Source: Archangium sp. | Lineage (GTDB): Bacteria > Myxococcota > Myxococcia > Myxococcales > Myxococcaceae | Direction: 5' to 3' | NCBI RefSeq assembly: GCF_031412795.1 | Contig: NZ_JANODR010000017.1 | Location: forward strand, 1 to 64,000 | DNA length: 64,000 nt | Part shown: positions 52,891 to 64,000 of the stretch, piece after piece | Numbering within the stretch: position 1 is the first letter of the stretch | Layout of the letters: each line of letters begins with the position of its first letter | Notes under the pieces: model-generated | Told to the model about the DNA's origin: nothing | Database searches by the model: none | Seen by the model: the letters and a program-made list of their open reading frames with translations, nothing else | Position numbers and translations under genes: made by a program

Positions 52891-54906
52891 ATGCGCTCTC
52901 CACGTGTCGCCATGTTCGCCTCCCTGTTCTGGGTCCTCGTGCTCTCGGGTTGTGTCCGCGCCGTGTCGCCGACGGCCGAGTCGGAAGGCTCGCGCGAGGT
53001 GGCCGTCTGGGAGGATCGCCGCTCGTTGGCGGACGGGCGACTCGTGGCGCTCGCGACGGGAGGCTCCGCGCCGGAGCGGGTGAGGGCCCTGCGCGCGCTG
53101 GCCCGCATCCAGGACCTGTCCACGCTGGAGACGGTGCTGGCCGGACTCCGGGCCCCGGAGGTGCCCGTGCGGGACGAGGCCGCCTTCGCCGCGGGGGTGC
53201 TGGCGCTCTCGTGGGAGCCGCTCACGGACGCGGAGAAGGCCCGCATGACGGAGGTGCTGCTCGCCGCCGAAGCCACGGAGCCGGACGAGGGCGTGCGTCG
53301 CACCCTGCTCGAGTCCCTGGGCAAGCTGGCCACACCGGGCGCGGTGAAGCGCCTCTCGGAGCGGCTCACGGATGGGCGCGCGGGTGTCCCGGAACGTGCG
53401 GCGCTGGCACTCGGCGTTTCGGCACGCCGGGGGGCCTCGCTGGCGGAGGTGCCACTGCCCGCGGGCGCGGCGCTGCTCCGGCCGGGCCAGTCCGAGGAGG
53501 CGCGCTATGGAGGCGCCTACCTCCTGGCGAGCGCGAAGCGTCCCGAGGCGTTGCCGTTCCTGCGGCGTTGTCTCGGGGACGAGGCTCCGGATGTCCGGGC
53601 GCTGTGCGCGAAGGGCATGGGCGACGTGGGGGGTCCGGAGGACGCGACCGTGGTGGGCCGGCTGCTGCGGGACGAGACGCCACGCGTGGCGGCCGAGTCG
53701 GCGCGGGCGCTCGCGAAGCTGGCCGCGCGGTGCAGCGGGGAGTGCGCGCCGATGGATGAGCTCCGGACGCTGGCCCAGCGCGTTTCCACCTCCGGCCATG
53801 CGGTGCTCGCGCTGGCGCAGCAGGGCCTGCCCGAGGCCGGGCGTCCGGTGCTGGTGGCGCTGCGGCGTGCGCTCCAGGAGGCGGCCCCGGGCGTGGACCT
53901 GATGAACCTCGACTGCCGGTTGGCGGCGGCGTTGGATCGACAGACGGGGACGCTCGACGAGGTGCTGCGCTGTGGTGGAGGCCAGGTGCCGGAGGTGCGG
54001 CGGCTGGCGCTCGGGCTGCGCGAGGTGGCGCAGTCGAAGGGGAAGGGTGGGGCGAGCGGCGCGGTGCCGTATCTCTCGCACGCGGACTCACGGGTGCGGC
54101 TGGCCGCGCTGGACGCGGTGTCGTCGCGTCCCGTGCCCGAGGCCGCCGGGCCCGTCCGGGCGCTGCTGGGCGAGAGCGATCTCGTGGTGGCTGCCTCGGC
54201 GGCGAGCACGGCCGGGACGCTGAAGGACGCGGAGGCGCTGCCCGGGGTGCGCAAGCTGGCCGAGCGCGTACCCTCGGAGCCGGACATGGCCGAGCCCGTG
54301 GCGGGAGGGCTGGTGGCGCTCGCGGGGAAGGACGCGGAGCCGGTGTTGCGGACGTGGCTCCAGCACCCGCACGCCAACGTGCGCCGGGTGGCGGCCGCGT
54401 CCCTCGCCGGACTCACGGGTCAGCCCGTGCGCGCCCCCCATGTGGAACTGCCGGCGGACGCGCGCCGCCCCGAGGCCTCCCCCGCGGGGACGACGCTCAC
54501 CTTCCGGACGAACAAGGGGGAGTTCACCGTCGCGCTGGATGCGGAGGCGCCGCTCACCTCGGGCAACCTCGCCGCGCTCGCGCGCCAGGGCTACTTCCGC
54601 GGCATCACCTTCCACCGCGTGGTGCCGGACTTCGTGGCGCAGGCGGGAGATCCGCGCGGAGACGGGGAGGGGGGTCCGGGCTACTCCATCCGCTGTGAGA
54701 TGACGCGCCGGCCCTACGGGCGCGGGGTCCTCGGGATGGCGCTGTCGGGAAAGGACACCGGCGGGAGCCAGTTCTTCTTCACCCACTCACCGCAGCCGCA
54801 CCTGGATGGCCGCTACACGGCCTTCGGCGAGGTGACGCGCGGGATGGAGGTGGTGGATCGCCTCCTCGAAGGCGACACCCTCCAGGAGGTGGAGGTGTCG
54901 CCGTGA
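52891..54906 (+). CDS. Lipoprotein with N-terminal HEAT/ARM-like repeats fused to C-terminal cyclophilin-type peptidyl-prolyl isomerase domain
   Basis: Lipobox VLVLSGC. Repeated Arg/Ala/Leu helical repeats. C-terminal cyclophilin block (FHRVVPDFVAQAGDPRGDGEGGPGY, GVLGMALSGKDTGGSQFFFT). Confidence 0.8.
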   Translation: MRSPRVAMFASLFWVLVLSGCVRAVSPTAESEGSREVAVWEDRRSLADGRLVALATGGSAPERVRALRALARIQDLSTLETVLAGLRAPEVPVRDEAAFAAGVLALSWEPLTDAEKARMTEVLLAAEATEPDEGVRRTLLESLGKLATPGAVKRLSERLTDGRAGVPERAALALGVSARRGASLAEVPLPAGAALLRPGQSEEARYGGAYLLASAKRPEALPFLRRCLGDEAPDVRALCAKGMGDVGGPEDATVVGRLLRDETPRVAAESARALAKLAARCSGECAPMDELRTLAQRVSTSGHAVLALAQQGLPEAGRPVLVALRRALQEAAPGVDLMNLDCRLAAALDRQTGTLDEVLRCGGGQVPEVRRLALGLREVAQSKGKGGASGAVPYLSHADSRVRLAALDAVSSRPVPEAAGPVRALLGESDLVVAASAASTAGTLKDAEALPGVRKLAERVPSEPDMAEPVAGGLVALAGKDAEPVLRTWLQHPHANVRRVAAASLAGLTGQPVRAPHVELPADARRPEASPAGTTLTFRTNKGEFTVALDAEAPLTSGNLAALARQGYFRGITFHRVVPDFVAQAGDPRGDGEGGPGYSIRCEMTRRPYGRGVLGMALSGKDTGGSQFFFTHSPQPHLDGRYTAFGEVTRGMEVVDRLLEGDTLQEVEVSP

Positions 54907-54915
54907 GGTGATGCT

Positions 54916-55491
54916 TCACCGGATGGGCGTTGCTCCCGCCTGGAATCCCGTCTGGGTGCGCACATCCGCGAGTGCCTTCAGGAGTCCTTCCCGAAGCCGG
55001 TTGCCGCGAGCGAGGCGGAGAACGCTCCGTTCGACTTCATCCAGCATGCGCCTCGCCTGGTGGTCATCGTGCTCCGGGTGCCGCCTGCACCATTGTGCGT
55101 AGAGACAGGCAACGTGGTAGCGGCGCTCGACATTCGAGTAGCCCAGTCGCTGGATGCGTCGCAGCGTGGGACCGAAGATCGGCCATGGACAGTTGCGCCC
55201 GTATGCTTCGGTGAAAAGCGTTTCCGCAATCCGCCGCCGTATCTCCTGTCGCTCGTATTGGGTCTTCGCCACCGAACGCAGCAATCCGCGCTCCAACGCC
55301 TTGAACTTGGGCTCCAGCTCCGCGAAGGAGTCTTCGAAGGTCTTCACCATCAGCTGGTCCACCGCTCGTGCGACTTCCATGAAGCGGCGCTCCGAGCTTT
55401 CGGACAGCCTCACCGACACGGTCTCCCGTCCCGGAGCCGAGCCGGCCATACCCCGTTTCCCTGCATGCAAACGTCCTGGCAGATGTGGCAC
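54916..55491 (-). CDS. Hypothetical protein
   Basis: ORF only; Arg-rich helical; start uncertain. Confidence 0.3.
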   Translation of the reverse strand: MPHLPGRLHAGKRGMAGSAPGRETVSVRLSESSERRFMEVARAVDQLMVKTFEDSFAELEPKFKALERGLLRSVAKTQYERQEIRRRIAETLFTEAYGRNCPWPIFGPTLRRIQRLGYSNVERRYHVACLYAQWCRRHPEHDDHQARRMLDEVERSVLRLARGNRLREGLLKALADVRTQTGFQAGATPIR

Positions 55492-55592
55492 AGGCTATGT
55501 CCACTGGTTCCGCTCCGAATGCTCTGGATGGGGGAGTCCAGGCATTGCGCGAATGCTTGATAACACCGCTTTTGAACTTCTTCGTACGGCAA

Positions 55593-55719
55593 TCAGGCCT
55601 CGACGTTCTTGCCTGTCCCCTCGAGAAACTCGTCCTCCTCGGTGCAGCCCGTTGCCAGTGCCAGGATCGCAGCCGACAGTAGGGCAGAGCGCAGCGGCGC
55701 ATGCTTCCCGAAGTGCATT
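55593..55719 (-). CDS. Candidate small lipoprotein (about 41 aa)
   Basis: Lipobox LALATGC then acidic tail. A GTG start with GGGAGGAG RBS is possible 12 nt upstream. Confidence 0.2.
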
Positions 55720-55847
55720 GGATCGCCCACGCTTTTCTCCTCCCGCTGGCGACCAATCTCGAACAGACCGGACATTCGTCGCAATCGGCGGACACTCCTG
55801 CTGGCTATCCTGCGTGGGGTGGTCGACAAACTGGAGTTCGGGTCTCG

Positions 55848-57083
55848 ATGATGATGGGGATGACGCGAAGAAAGCTCCTCTGGAGTCTGGGCCTCGCGAC
55901 ATCGCTCTTCGCTGTCTCTCGGAGTTCCTCCCTCTGGAGTTCCCGGTCAGCGCGGAGGCCCCCCGACTCAGAAGTGACCACCGCCCGCGCGTTGCTCGTT
56001 CTCGCGTGCAACGCGCTGGAGGCGGGCGAGCTCCACGAGGCACGGGACGTCATCGTCCGGTTGCGAGCCCTGGCACCCGAGCAACCAGAGCCATGGATTC
56101 TGGAGAAGCTGTTGGTGCATCGCCAGCGTGAGAACCCGGAAGGCTGGGGGCAGGTCTTCCTCGACGCCTGGATACAAAAGGGTCGCCCTGATCTCCAGCG
56201 GAGCGTCCTGTTGCCGGAGGTCGGGTTCGCGGGCATTGAGGAACTGGAGCTCGAGAGCGCCTGGCGCCGCGCCACTTCTTCACGGGCACGCATTTCCATG
56301 GCGCTGCTGTTCCCGAAAGCTTCCGAGGCCCGGATACGTCAGGTTCTCCAGATGCTGCCGGAGCTGGATGAGCCCGCGCTGCTCGTCGCGGCCTTCGACC
56401 TGCTCACCGACAAGCGATTGGCGGCGTCACTCCGTCAGGAGGCCGCGCTCGTCCTGCGCCAGCAGCTCTCCCGGCTCGCCGAGGCTTCCCCTGGAACCAT
56501 GCGGTTTCGCCTGCTCCAGCTCCTGGCGGGCACCGAGGGGGACGTGCCGCTCGGTCCTCGGGAGTTGGACGCGCTCGAGGCCCTCTCGGTGCTCCCCACC
56601 TGGAAGGACGACTCCTTCACACGGCAGTTCCTCGAGACCCGTCGATGTTTGGAGGAGCTGGCGCTATCTGGCGCCAGCGGGGCGGCCTTCACGGTGGCGG
56701 AGCGGGCCCTCGGCCATCGCGCCGTGCTCCACTTGCTCCGTCGCGTCGAGACCACCCGTGAGCACCTCTCCGAGGACGTGCTCCGGAGGATGGGGCGCAT
56801 GCTCTGGCGCATCGGCGGCCACCTGTCGGAGCAGTCCTCGCTCCTGGAGTGTACGGTGGGGGCCTTGCTCATGGCCGCTGGCGCCACCCACCTGCGGCAC
56901 GGCCGGAATCAACGAGAGGCCTTCGCGCGCGAGGACGCGCTGCACCAGGCCGTCATCACCTCGCTCCGGGCCGCGCTCGACCGATGGCCGCTGCGCTCAC
57001 TCACGGAGCACCTGCTGGAGTCACGGGCGCGCAGCGAGGTGACCTGGCTGCGCGCCTTCGTGGGCAAATCCACGTTCCCGTGA
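55848..57083 (+). CDS. Exported alpha-helical protein with Tat-like signal (TRRKLLWSLGLA)
   Basis: MMMGMTRRKLLWSLGLATSLFAVS signal; leucine-rich helical repeats; function unknown. Confidence 0.5.
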   Translation: MMMGMTRRKLLWSLGLATSLFAVSRSSSLWSSRSARRPPDSEVTTARALLVLACNALEAGELHEARDVIVRLRALAPEQPEPWILEKLLVHRQRENPEGWGQVFLDAWIQKGRPDLQRSVLLPEVGFAGIEELELESAWRRATSSRARISMALLFPKASEARIRQVLQMLPELDEPALLVAAFDLLTDKRLAASLRQEAALVLRQQLSRLAEASPGTMRFRLLQLLAGTEGDVPLGPRELDALEALSVLPTWKDDSFTRQFLETRRCLEELALSGASGAAFTVAERALGHRAVLHLLRRVETTREHLSEDVLRRMGRMLWRIGGHLSEQSSLLECTVGALLMAAGATHLRHGRNQREAFAREDALHQAVITSLRAALDRWPLRSLTEHLLESRARSEVTWLRAFVGKSTFP

Positions 57084-57093
57084 GGGAACGTGC

Positions 57094-58200
57094 TCAGCTC
57101 GCCACGCGGTTGGGCACCTTGCCCGGCGTGAAGCCGGCCCAGAGCGCGTTCTCCGCGTTCTCCATGTCCTCGACCTTCTTGCGGATGCGCTGCCACTCGG
57201 CATCCGGAATCCGCAGGAAGGCATCGGACAGCTCGGGGTCGAACTGCGTACCCGAGCAGCGCTTGATCTCATCACGGGCCACGGACATCGGCCGACCCTT
57301 GCGGTACGGACGGTCCGAGGTGATGGCGTCCACCGTGTCGGCGATGGCGAAGATGCGCGCGCCGATGACGATGTCCTTGCCCTTGAGACCCTGCGGATAG
57401 CCCTTGCCGTCCCACCGCTCCTGGTGGTGCAGCACGATGAGCGACGCATCGTGCAGGTAGGGCATCTTCGCGAGAATCTTGTACCCGTACTCGGGATGCT
57501 TGCGCATCTCCACCCACTCCTCGGGGGAGAGCGGGCCGGGCTTGAGCAGGATGGTGTCGCTCACGCCAATCTTGCCGATGTCGTGCAGCAGCGCTCCCTG
57601 CTCCACCACCTCGAGCTGCTCGGCCGTGAGGCCGATCTCCTCGCCGATGCGGCGCGAGTAGAGGGACACTCGACGCGAGTGCCACTGCGTCTCGGTGTCG
57701 CGGTAGTCGAGCGCGCTGATGAGGCCATCGAGCAGACCGTTGGTGCGCTCCACCACCATCCGCTCGAGATCGCGGTTGATGGTGGTGAGCTCCGCGTTCT
57801 TCTGAGCCACCTCACGGGTGAGCCGCTCGTTGGACTCCACCAGCTTGTAGTGCTCGAAGGCCTGCCGCACGGCACTGGTCAGCTCGCTGAGCGACCAGGG
57901 CTTGCCCAGCAGACGGAACACCTCGCCCCGATTGACGGCCTCGGAGGCGGTGCGGAAGTCCGCGGCGGCGGTGAGCATCAGTCGCACGGCGCGCGGGTTT
58001 TTCTCCCGCAGCGTGCGCAGCAGCTCCACGCCGTTGAGCAACGGCATCATGAAGTCCGTCAGGACCACCTGGAAACCTTCTTCCTTGGCGGCCGTAGAGG
58101 GATCCGTGTGGGTGACGACCTCGTAGCCCTCGGACTGGAGGATGCGCGACAGCGCGGCGAGAATGAGGGGATCGTCATCCACTACAAGGATGCGGTCCAT
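57094..58200 (-). CDS. Response regulator with HD-GYP phosphodiesterase domain
   Basis: Receiver domain (ILVVDDD...D at about position 57...K). HD-GYP motifs HDIGK and HHERWDGKGYP. Confidence 0.85.
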   Translation of the reverse strand: MDRILVVDDDPLILAALSRILQSEGYEVVTHTDPSTAAKEEGFQVVLTDFMMPLLNGVELLRTLREKNPRAVRLMLTAAADFRTASEAVNRGEVFRLLGKPWSLSELTSAVRQAFEHYKLVESNERLTREVAQKNAELTTINRDLERMVVERTNGLLDGLISALDYRDTETQWHSRRVSLYSRRIGEEIGLTAEQLEVVEQGALLHDIGKIGVSDTILLKPGPLSPEEWVEMRKHPEYGYKILAKMPYLHDASLIVLHHQERWDGKGYPQGLKGKDIVIGARIFAIADTVDAITSDRPYRKGRPMSVARDEIKRCSGTQFDPELSDAFLRIPDAEWQRIRKKVEDMENAENALWAGFTPGKVPNRVAS

Positions 58201-58450
58201 GGACCTGGCCTCCCAACCCTTCAAATGTGAGGGACGGACGTTGAAGAACCGGGCCGTTATACACGGCTTCTGGCTGGAAGGTCACACCCGCTCGGTATGA
58301 GTCGTGCCTTCTTGCTTGGAGGCCAACCCCTCGAAACCTTTCCTGTTTCTAGAGGGAGTCGTGCTGCCGACCTCAAGAGTCGCTTGCCTGTCCGGCTAGG
58401 GGTGGTCTATGGTGCGCCACCGTGCTGCATGTGGTGTAACTCCTTGATTT

Positions 58451-59467
58451 TTGGAGAGTTCTCCGATGCCTAGAGCCTCCGCAGGGCCGGTCCCGGTGGT
58501 GGTCATGGGGTTGGGAGTCATCGGGCAGGAGATCGCCAAGGCCGCTCAGCTCTCCCCAGAGGTGGAGCTGATCGGCGCGATGGATGCCAACCCTCAGTTG
58601 GTGGGACGCCCCCTGGCGGAAGTCATCGGGGTGCCTGGCCTCACAGGAAAGGTAGCCGGCACGCTCGAGGCGGCCGTGGGACGGCGCAAGGGCGTCGTGC
58701 TGCTGCATGCCACGGGCTCCAGGCTCGAGCAGGTGATGGACCAGCTGCTCGACGCGCTCAAGCTCGGGCTGCCGGTGGTCTCCACCTGTGAGGAGCTGGC
58801 CTTCCCCTTCCTCAAATACCCGGAGCTGGCCGACAAGCTGGACCGCGCGGCGCAGAAGGCCGGGGTGGCGGTGCTCGGCACCGGCGTCAACCCGGGCTTC
58901 GTGATGGACCGCCTGGTGGCCACGGCCGGCCAGGTGTGCGGCCCCGTGCGCCGCGCCACTGTCACCCGCGTGGTGGACGCCCGCACCCGCCGTGAAGCGC
59001 TCCAGCGCAAGGTGGGCGCCGGCCTGACCGAGGACGAGTTCTTCGCCCTGGTGGACAAGGACCAGCTCGGCCACGTGGGCCTGGTGGAGAGCGCCGCCCT
59101 GTGTGCGCTGGGGCTCGGGCTGGAGTGCGATGATTATGAGGAGGAGATCGTCCCCGTCTTCGCCGAGGAGGACATCACCGGGGGCGCCTTCCCGGTGAAG
59201 AAGGGGCGGGTGGCGGGAATCTTCCAGTCCGCGGTGGGTCTGGACGAGGGGCAGGAGCGGGTGAGGTTGGAGCTCACCATCGCGGTGGGAGCGGACGAGC
59301 CGGGGGACCGCATCGAGCTGGACGCGGACCCGAAGCTCGTCCTGGAGATTCGCGGCGGCATCCCCGGCGACAGGGCCACGGCCCAGACGCTGGTGAATGC
59401 CGCTCCGCGCGTGACGGCCGCCGAGGCCGGGCTTTTGACCGTGCTCGAGTTGCCAGCCGGTCGTTAA
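58451..59467 (+). CDS. DapB-like NAD(P)-binding amine dehydrogenase / dihydrodipicolinate-reductase-family protein
   Basis: N-terminal Rossmann VVVMGLGVIGQEI; VLGTGVNPGF block typical of this family. Confidence 0.55.
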   Translation: MESSPMPRASAGPVPVVVMGLGVIGQEIAKAAQLSPEVELIGAMDANPQLVGRPLAEVIGVPGLTGKVAGTLEAAVGRRKGVVLLHATGSRLEQVMDQLLDALKLGLPVVSTCEELAFPFLKYPELADKLDRAAQKAGVAVLGTGVNPGFVMDRLVATAGQVCGPVRRATVTRVVDARTRREALQRKVGAGLTEDEFFALVDKDQLGHVGLVESAALCALGLGLECDDYEEEIVPVFAEEDITGGAFPVKKGRVAGIFQSAVGLDEGQERVRLELTIAVGADEPGDRIELDADPKLVLEIRGGIPGDRATAQTLVNAAPRVTAAEAGLLTVLELPAGR

Positions 59468-59478
59468 GGGGAGAGGAC

Positions 59479-59928
59479 ATGCTGGACAAGAACGCCATCG
59501 GCCGGGCTTCGCCGCCGTTCCTGAACGAGGTCGAGAAGGGCGCCATCCGGCGCTTCGCCGAGTCTCTCGGCGACTATAACCCCATCTATTACGACGAGGA
59601 GTACGCGCGGGCCTCGGGCTACCCCACCGTGGTGGCACCGCCCACGTTCCCCGCCTCGTTCAGCTCGGCGGCGGACTTGCGCGAGCTGCTGGGCGTGGGC
59701 ATCAAGAGCCTGCTGCACGCCGAGCAGTCCTTCGAGTACGAGCGCCCCATCTTCGCCGGCGACCGCATCTTCGTCGCCACCCGGGTGGCCGACGTGCTCG
59801 AGCGCACCGGCCCGGCGGGGAAGATGGACGTCGCCGTCATCGAGGACGAGGGCAGGGACGAGGAGGGCAACCTCGTGTTCCGCGCCCGCCGGACGCTCAT
59901 CGTCCGTGCTTCCAAGGAGAATCAGTAA
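59479..59928 (+). CDS. MaoC-like hotdog protein, non-catalytic-type subunit (HadA-like)
   Basis: Hotdog fold with degenerate hydratase motif (GDYNPIYYD, no His). Confidence 0.7.
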   Translation: MLDKNAIGRASPPFLNEVEKGAIRRFAESLGDYNPIYYDEEYARASGYPTVVAPPTFPASFSSAADLRELLGVGIKSLLHAEQSFEYERPIFAGDRIFVATRVADVLERTGPAGKMDVAVIEDEGRDEEGNLVFRARRTLIVRASKENQ

Positions 59929-60569
59929 TGCCCGCGCGCAAGCTCTACTTCGAAGGTCTCCGCGTTGGTGACGAGCTGCCGGCGCTGGCCAAGGCTCCCA
60001 TCGACCGCGTCCAGCTGTCCCGGTACGCCGGGGCCTCCGGTGACTTCAACCCCGTGCACGTGGACGAGCTCTACGCCAAGAGCGTGGGCATGCCCTCCGT
60101 GTATGCCCCGGGCATGCTCGTCATGGGCATGCTGGGCCAGCTCATCAGCGACTGGGCCCGCGGTGGCCAGCTGCGGCGCTACCACGTGCGCTTCATCAAG
60201 ATGGTGTGGCCCGGTGACACCGTCGTCTGCAAGGGCCGCGTGAGCGACCGGCACGGCGAGGGGGGCCGCTACTTCGTCGACGTGGAGCTGTGGGCGGAGA
60301 ACCAGCGCGGTGAGCTGGTGATGAAGGGCAACTCCACCATCCAGCTCTTCTACTCGCTGGAGGACGAGAACCGGCAGCGCTCCGGCCAGGCCCCCATCGT
60401 CGTGGAGGTGCCTCGCGAGAGCCTCCTCAACGCCGCGGCCACCGCCTCCCCCGAGGAGTCGGAGGAGGACGAGGAGCGCAAGGCGGCCGGCATGGGCGCC
60501 AAGAAGGCAGGCGCCAAGTCGGCTCCCGCCGCCGCCGCTGCCCCCGCCGCGAAGAAGGCGAAGAAGTAG
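59928..60569 (+). CDS. MaoC-family (R)-specific enoyl-CoA hydratase/dehydratase with Lys/Ala-rich C-terminal tail
   Basis: Catalytic motif SGDFNPVHVD; TAATG overlap with the upstream hotdog gene. C-terminal AKKAGAKSAPAAAAAPAAKKAKK. Confidence 0.8.
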   Translation: MPARKLYFEGLRVGDELPALAKAPIDRVQLSRYAGASGDFNPVHVDELYAKSVGMPSVYAPGMLVMGMLGQLISDWARGGQLRRYHVRFIKMVWPGDTVVCKGRVSDRHGEGGRYFVDVELWAENQRGELVMKGNSTIQLFYSLEDENRQRSGQAPIVVEVPRESLLNAAATASPEESEEDEERKAAGMGAKKAGAKSAPAAAAAPAAKKAKK

Positions 60570-60742
60570 GTTCTTCTCCCCCTTGATCGTCGGCCAGGCG
60601 GCGAGTCGTTCCTCGCCGCCCAACGCGAGGCGTCATTCGGGATTGACTCTAGAATCAATCGACGTAACCTTTCCCCGTCCCATCAGGGGGCCACGGACCG
60701 TCGATTTTGGTGGCCGTGAGTCCTCTACCTACGGGAGGGGCC

Positions 60743-62581
<1,839 letters not shown>

Positions 62582-62692
62582 GAACGCACAAGCGCAGTAA
62601 ACACCCTGCCAATTTCCCCTCTCCCCCTGGGAGAGGGACGGGGTGAGGGTATCGGGGCCACACGGGTTCACGCCCGTGGAGGCCCCGAGCCG

Positions 62693-63145
62693 TTACTGGG
62701 AGTCGCGAACGCCGATGGCGAGCTGTCCGAGGCCCACGCTCTTGGCCAGCTCCATGACCTGGACGACGGTGCCGTGGGGGACGCCCTCATCGGCCTGGAC
62801 GATGACGATGGTGTCCGGGTTCTTCTGCTGGGCGTCGTTGAAGGCGCGCTTGAGCTCGTCCTCGTTGACGACGTTGCCGGCGAGGACGAAGCGGCCGTCG
62901 GAGAGGATGGCCACGGACATGTCGGTGGAGCGAGCGGTGATGTCGGTGGCGCCGCCCTTGGGCAGGTTCACCTTGAGGCCCGCCTGTGCTCCACCGCCGG
63001 GGGCCTGGACGATGACCGAGCTCGTCACCATGAAGATGATGAGGAGCACGAGGAAGATGTCGGTGAGCGGGGTGATGTTGATCTCAGCGAAGCCGACGTC
63101 CTCGCCGTTGCCGTCACCATCCCCTGGAGCCTTGCCCATCGCCAT
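62693..63145 (-). CDS. ExbD/TolR-family biopolymer transport protein
   Basis: Single N-terminal TM (INITPLTDIFLVLLIIFMV) then periplasmic ExbD domain. Confidence 0.85.
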   Translation of the reverse strand: MAMGKAPGDGDGNGEDVGFAEINITPLTDIFLVLLIIFMVTSSVIVQAPGGGAQAGLKVNLPKGGATDITARSTDMSVAILSDGRFVLAGNVVNEDELKRAFNDAQQKNPDTIVIVQADEGVPHGTVVQVMELAKSVGLGQLAIGVRDSQ

Positions 63146-63157
63146 GTGAGAGGACCT

Positions 63158-63874
63158 CTAGGCTTCCGGCTGGGGGCGGGAGTCCACCGAGGCCGGAGCA
63201 GCGGCGGTGGGCGCGGTGGCGGAGGGGGCGTTGAGGGGACGCTCGCGCAGCAGCTCGACGAACTCCTCCCCCAACAGGCGCAGCTCCACGAGTACGCGGG
63301 ACAGCCGCGCCTGGAAGTAGTTGTAGAAGGCCATGGCCTGCACGGCGACGAGGATGCCCACGGCGGTGGCCACGAGGGCCTCGGAGATACCCGTCATCAC
63401 GGCGGCGGTACCGCCGGTGCCGCCGGCCTGCACGTCCAGGCCGAGGTCCTTGAAGGAGCGCATGATGCCCGCCACGGTGCCGAAGAGGCCCACGAAGGGG
63501 GTCAGCGAGCCGATGGTGGCCAGGATCCACAGGTTGCGGCGCAGGCGCAGGCCCACCTGGGCGCGCTCGCGCTCCACGGCCGAGTCCACCCCGTCACAGG
63601 TGCCCCGGGTGCGCTCGAAGCGGTCGAAGCCGGCGAGGAACATGTCGGCCACGGCGGCGTCCGAGCGCTCGGAGGCGGTGCGGGCGGCCATGACATCCCC
63701 CCGCAGCAGGTGCTTGGTGACCGTGTCCCCCAGGGCCCGCGAGCGCTCGCTCACTGCCCAGAGGGCGATCAGCCGCTCGATGGCCACGCCCAGGGCAACG
63801 ATGGACGCGAGGATGAGGAGGGCGAGGGTGACGCCGCCGATGCGCAGGTAGTGGAGGATTTCGGAAAGACTCAT
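63158..63874 (-). CDS. MotA/TolQ/ExbB-family proton-channel protein
   Basis: 3 TM; conserved TLGSLTPFVGLFGTVAGIMRSF block. Confidence 0.85.
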   Translation of the reverse strand: MSLSEILHYLRIGGVTLALLILASIVALGVAIERLIALWAVSERSRALGDTVTKHLLRGDVMAARTASERSDAAVADMFLAGFDRFERTRGTCDGVDSAVERERAQVGLRLRRNLWILATIGSLTPFVGLFGTVAGIMRSFKDLGLDVQAGGTGGTAAVMTGISEALVATAVGILVAVQAMAFYNYFQARLSRVLVELRLLGEEFVELLRERPLNAPSATAPTAAAPASVDSRPQPEA

Positions 63875-63946
63875 GCAATGGTGGCCAAGGAAGGGCGGCT
63901 GGCGCGAGACTTAAGCCATGAACCGCGCAGCCGCAGCAATCTTCCT

Positions 63947-64000
63947 GGCGCTCCTTTGTTCTGGGTGCCCCAAGCGACTGGATTTTGGCCCTCGGGGGCA
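63947..64000 (+). CDS. 5' end of a lipoprotein gene (partial, runs off window)
   Basis: MNRAAAAIFLALLCSGCPK: signal peptide plus lipobox. Only 18 codons visible. Confidence 0.3.

Noticed and set aside
58230-58450. Possible sigma-54 promoter (GTGCC...TTGC) upstream of the DapB-like gene
   Set aside because: Spacing and the -24 GG dinucleotide do not fit TGGCAC-N5-TTGC on either strand.

Overview
High-GC (~68-70%) chromosomal window whose gene content looks myxobacterial. The supporting markers are PEGA-domain Ser/Thr kinases, a DUF2381 partner protein, a delta-60-repeat lipoprotein, SpoIID and many lipobox lipoproteins.

The window opens with the 3' end of an rRNA operon: the 23S tail, a 5S rRNA and a terminator hairpin. 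Housekeeping genes follow, including queA-tgt-yajC-secD-secF, recJ, slyD and aspS. An accessory-looking stretch then runs from about 17 kb to 31 kb.

The most striking gene is an unmistakable homolog of the eukaryotic major vault protein at 17417-19738 on the minus strand. It has MVP repeats, a shoulder domain and a cap-helix, and its shoulder domain can be aligned nearly residue-for-residue with human MVP.

Several other things are worth a second look:
- Two translationally coupled KamA-family radical-SAM aminomutase paralogs (3835-6416).
- A lipoprotein and SUKH/SMI1-KNR4 pair that looks like a polymorphic toxin-immunity module, with a displaced duplicate of the immunity gene's 3' end just downstream (26481-27780).
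- An apparently iron-regulated divergent locus (39370-46213): an AT-rich island with a Fur-box-like palindrome sits between an imelysin-HTTM operon and a delta-60 lipoprotein plus TonB-dependent receptor pair.
- A MoxR-DUF58 operon led by a zinc-ribbon membrane protein, with an SNF2 helicase downstream (46558-52834).
- A HEAT-repeat/cyclophilin fusion lipoprotein (52891-54906).
- A P450 / flavin monooxygenase / methyltransferase trio beside an MMPL exporter (19882-26382).
- A heterodimeric hotdog dehydratase pair, one subunit carrying a histone-H1-like Lys/Ala tail, next to an acyl-CoA dehydrogenase (59479-62581).

The many long ORFs antisense to real genes are high-GC artifacts. No CRISPR array, tRNA, IS element or prophage signature was seen.
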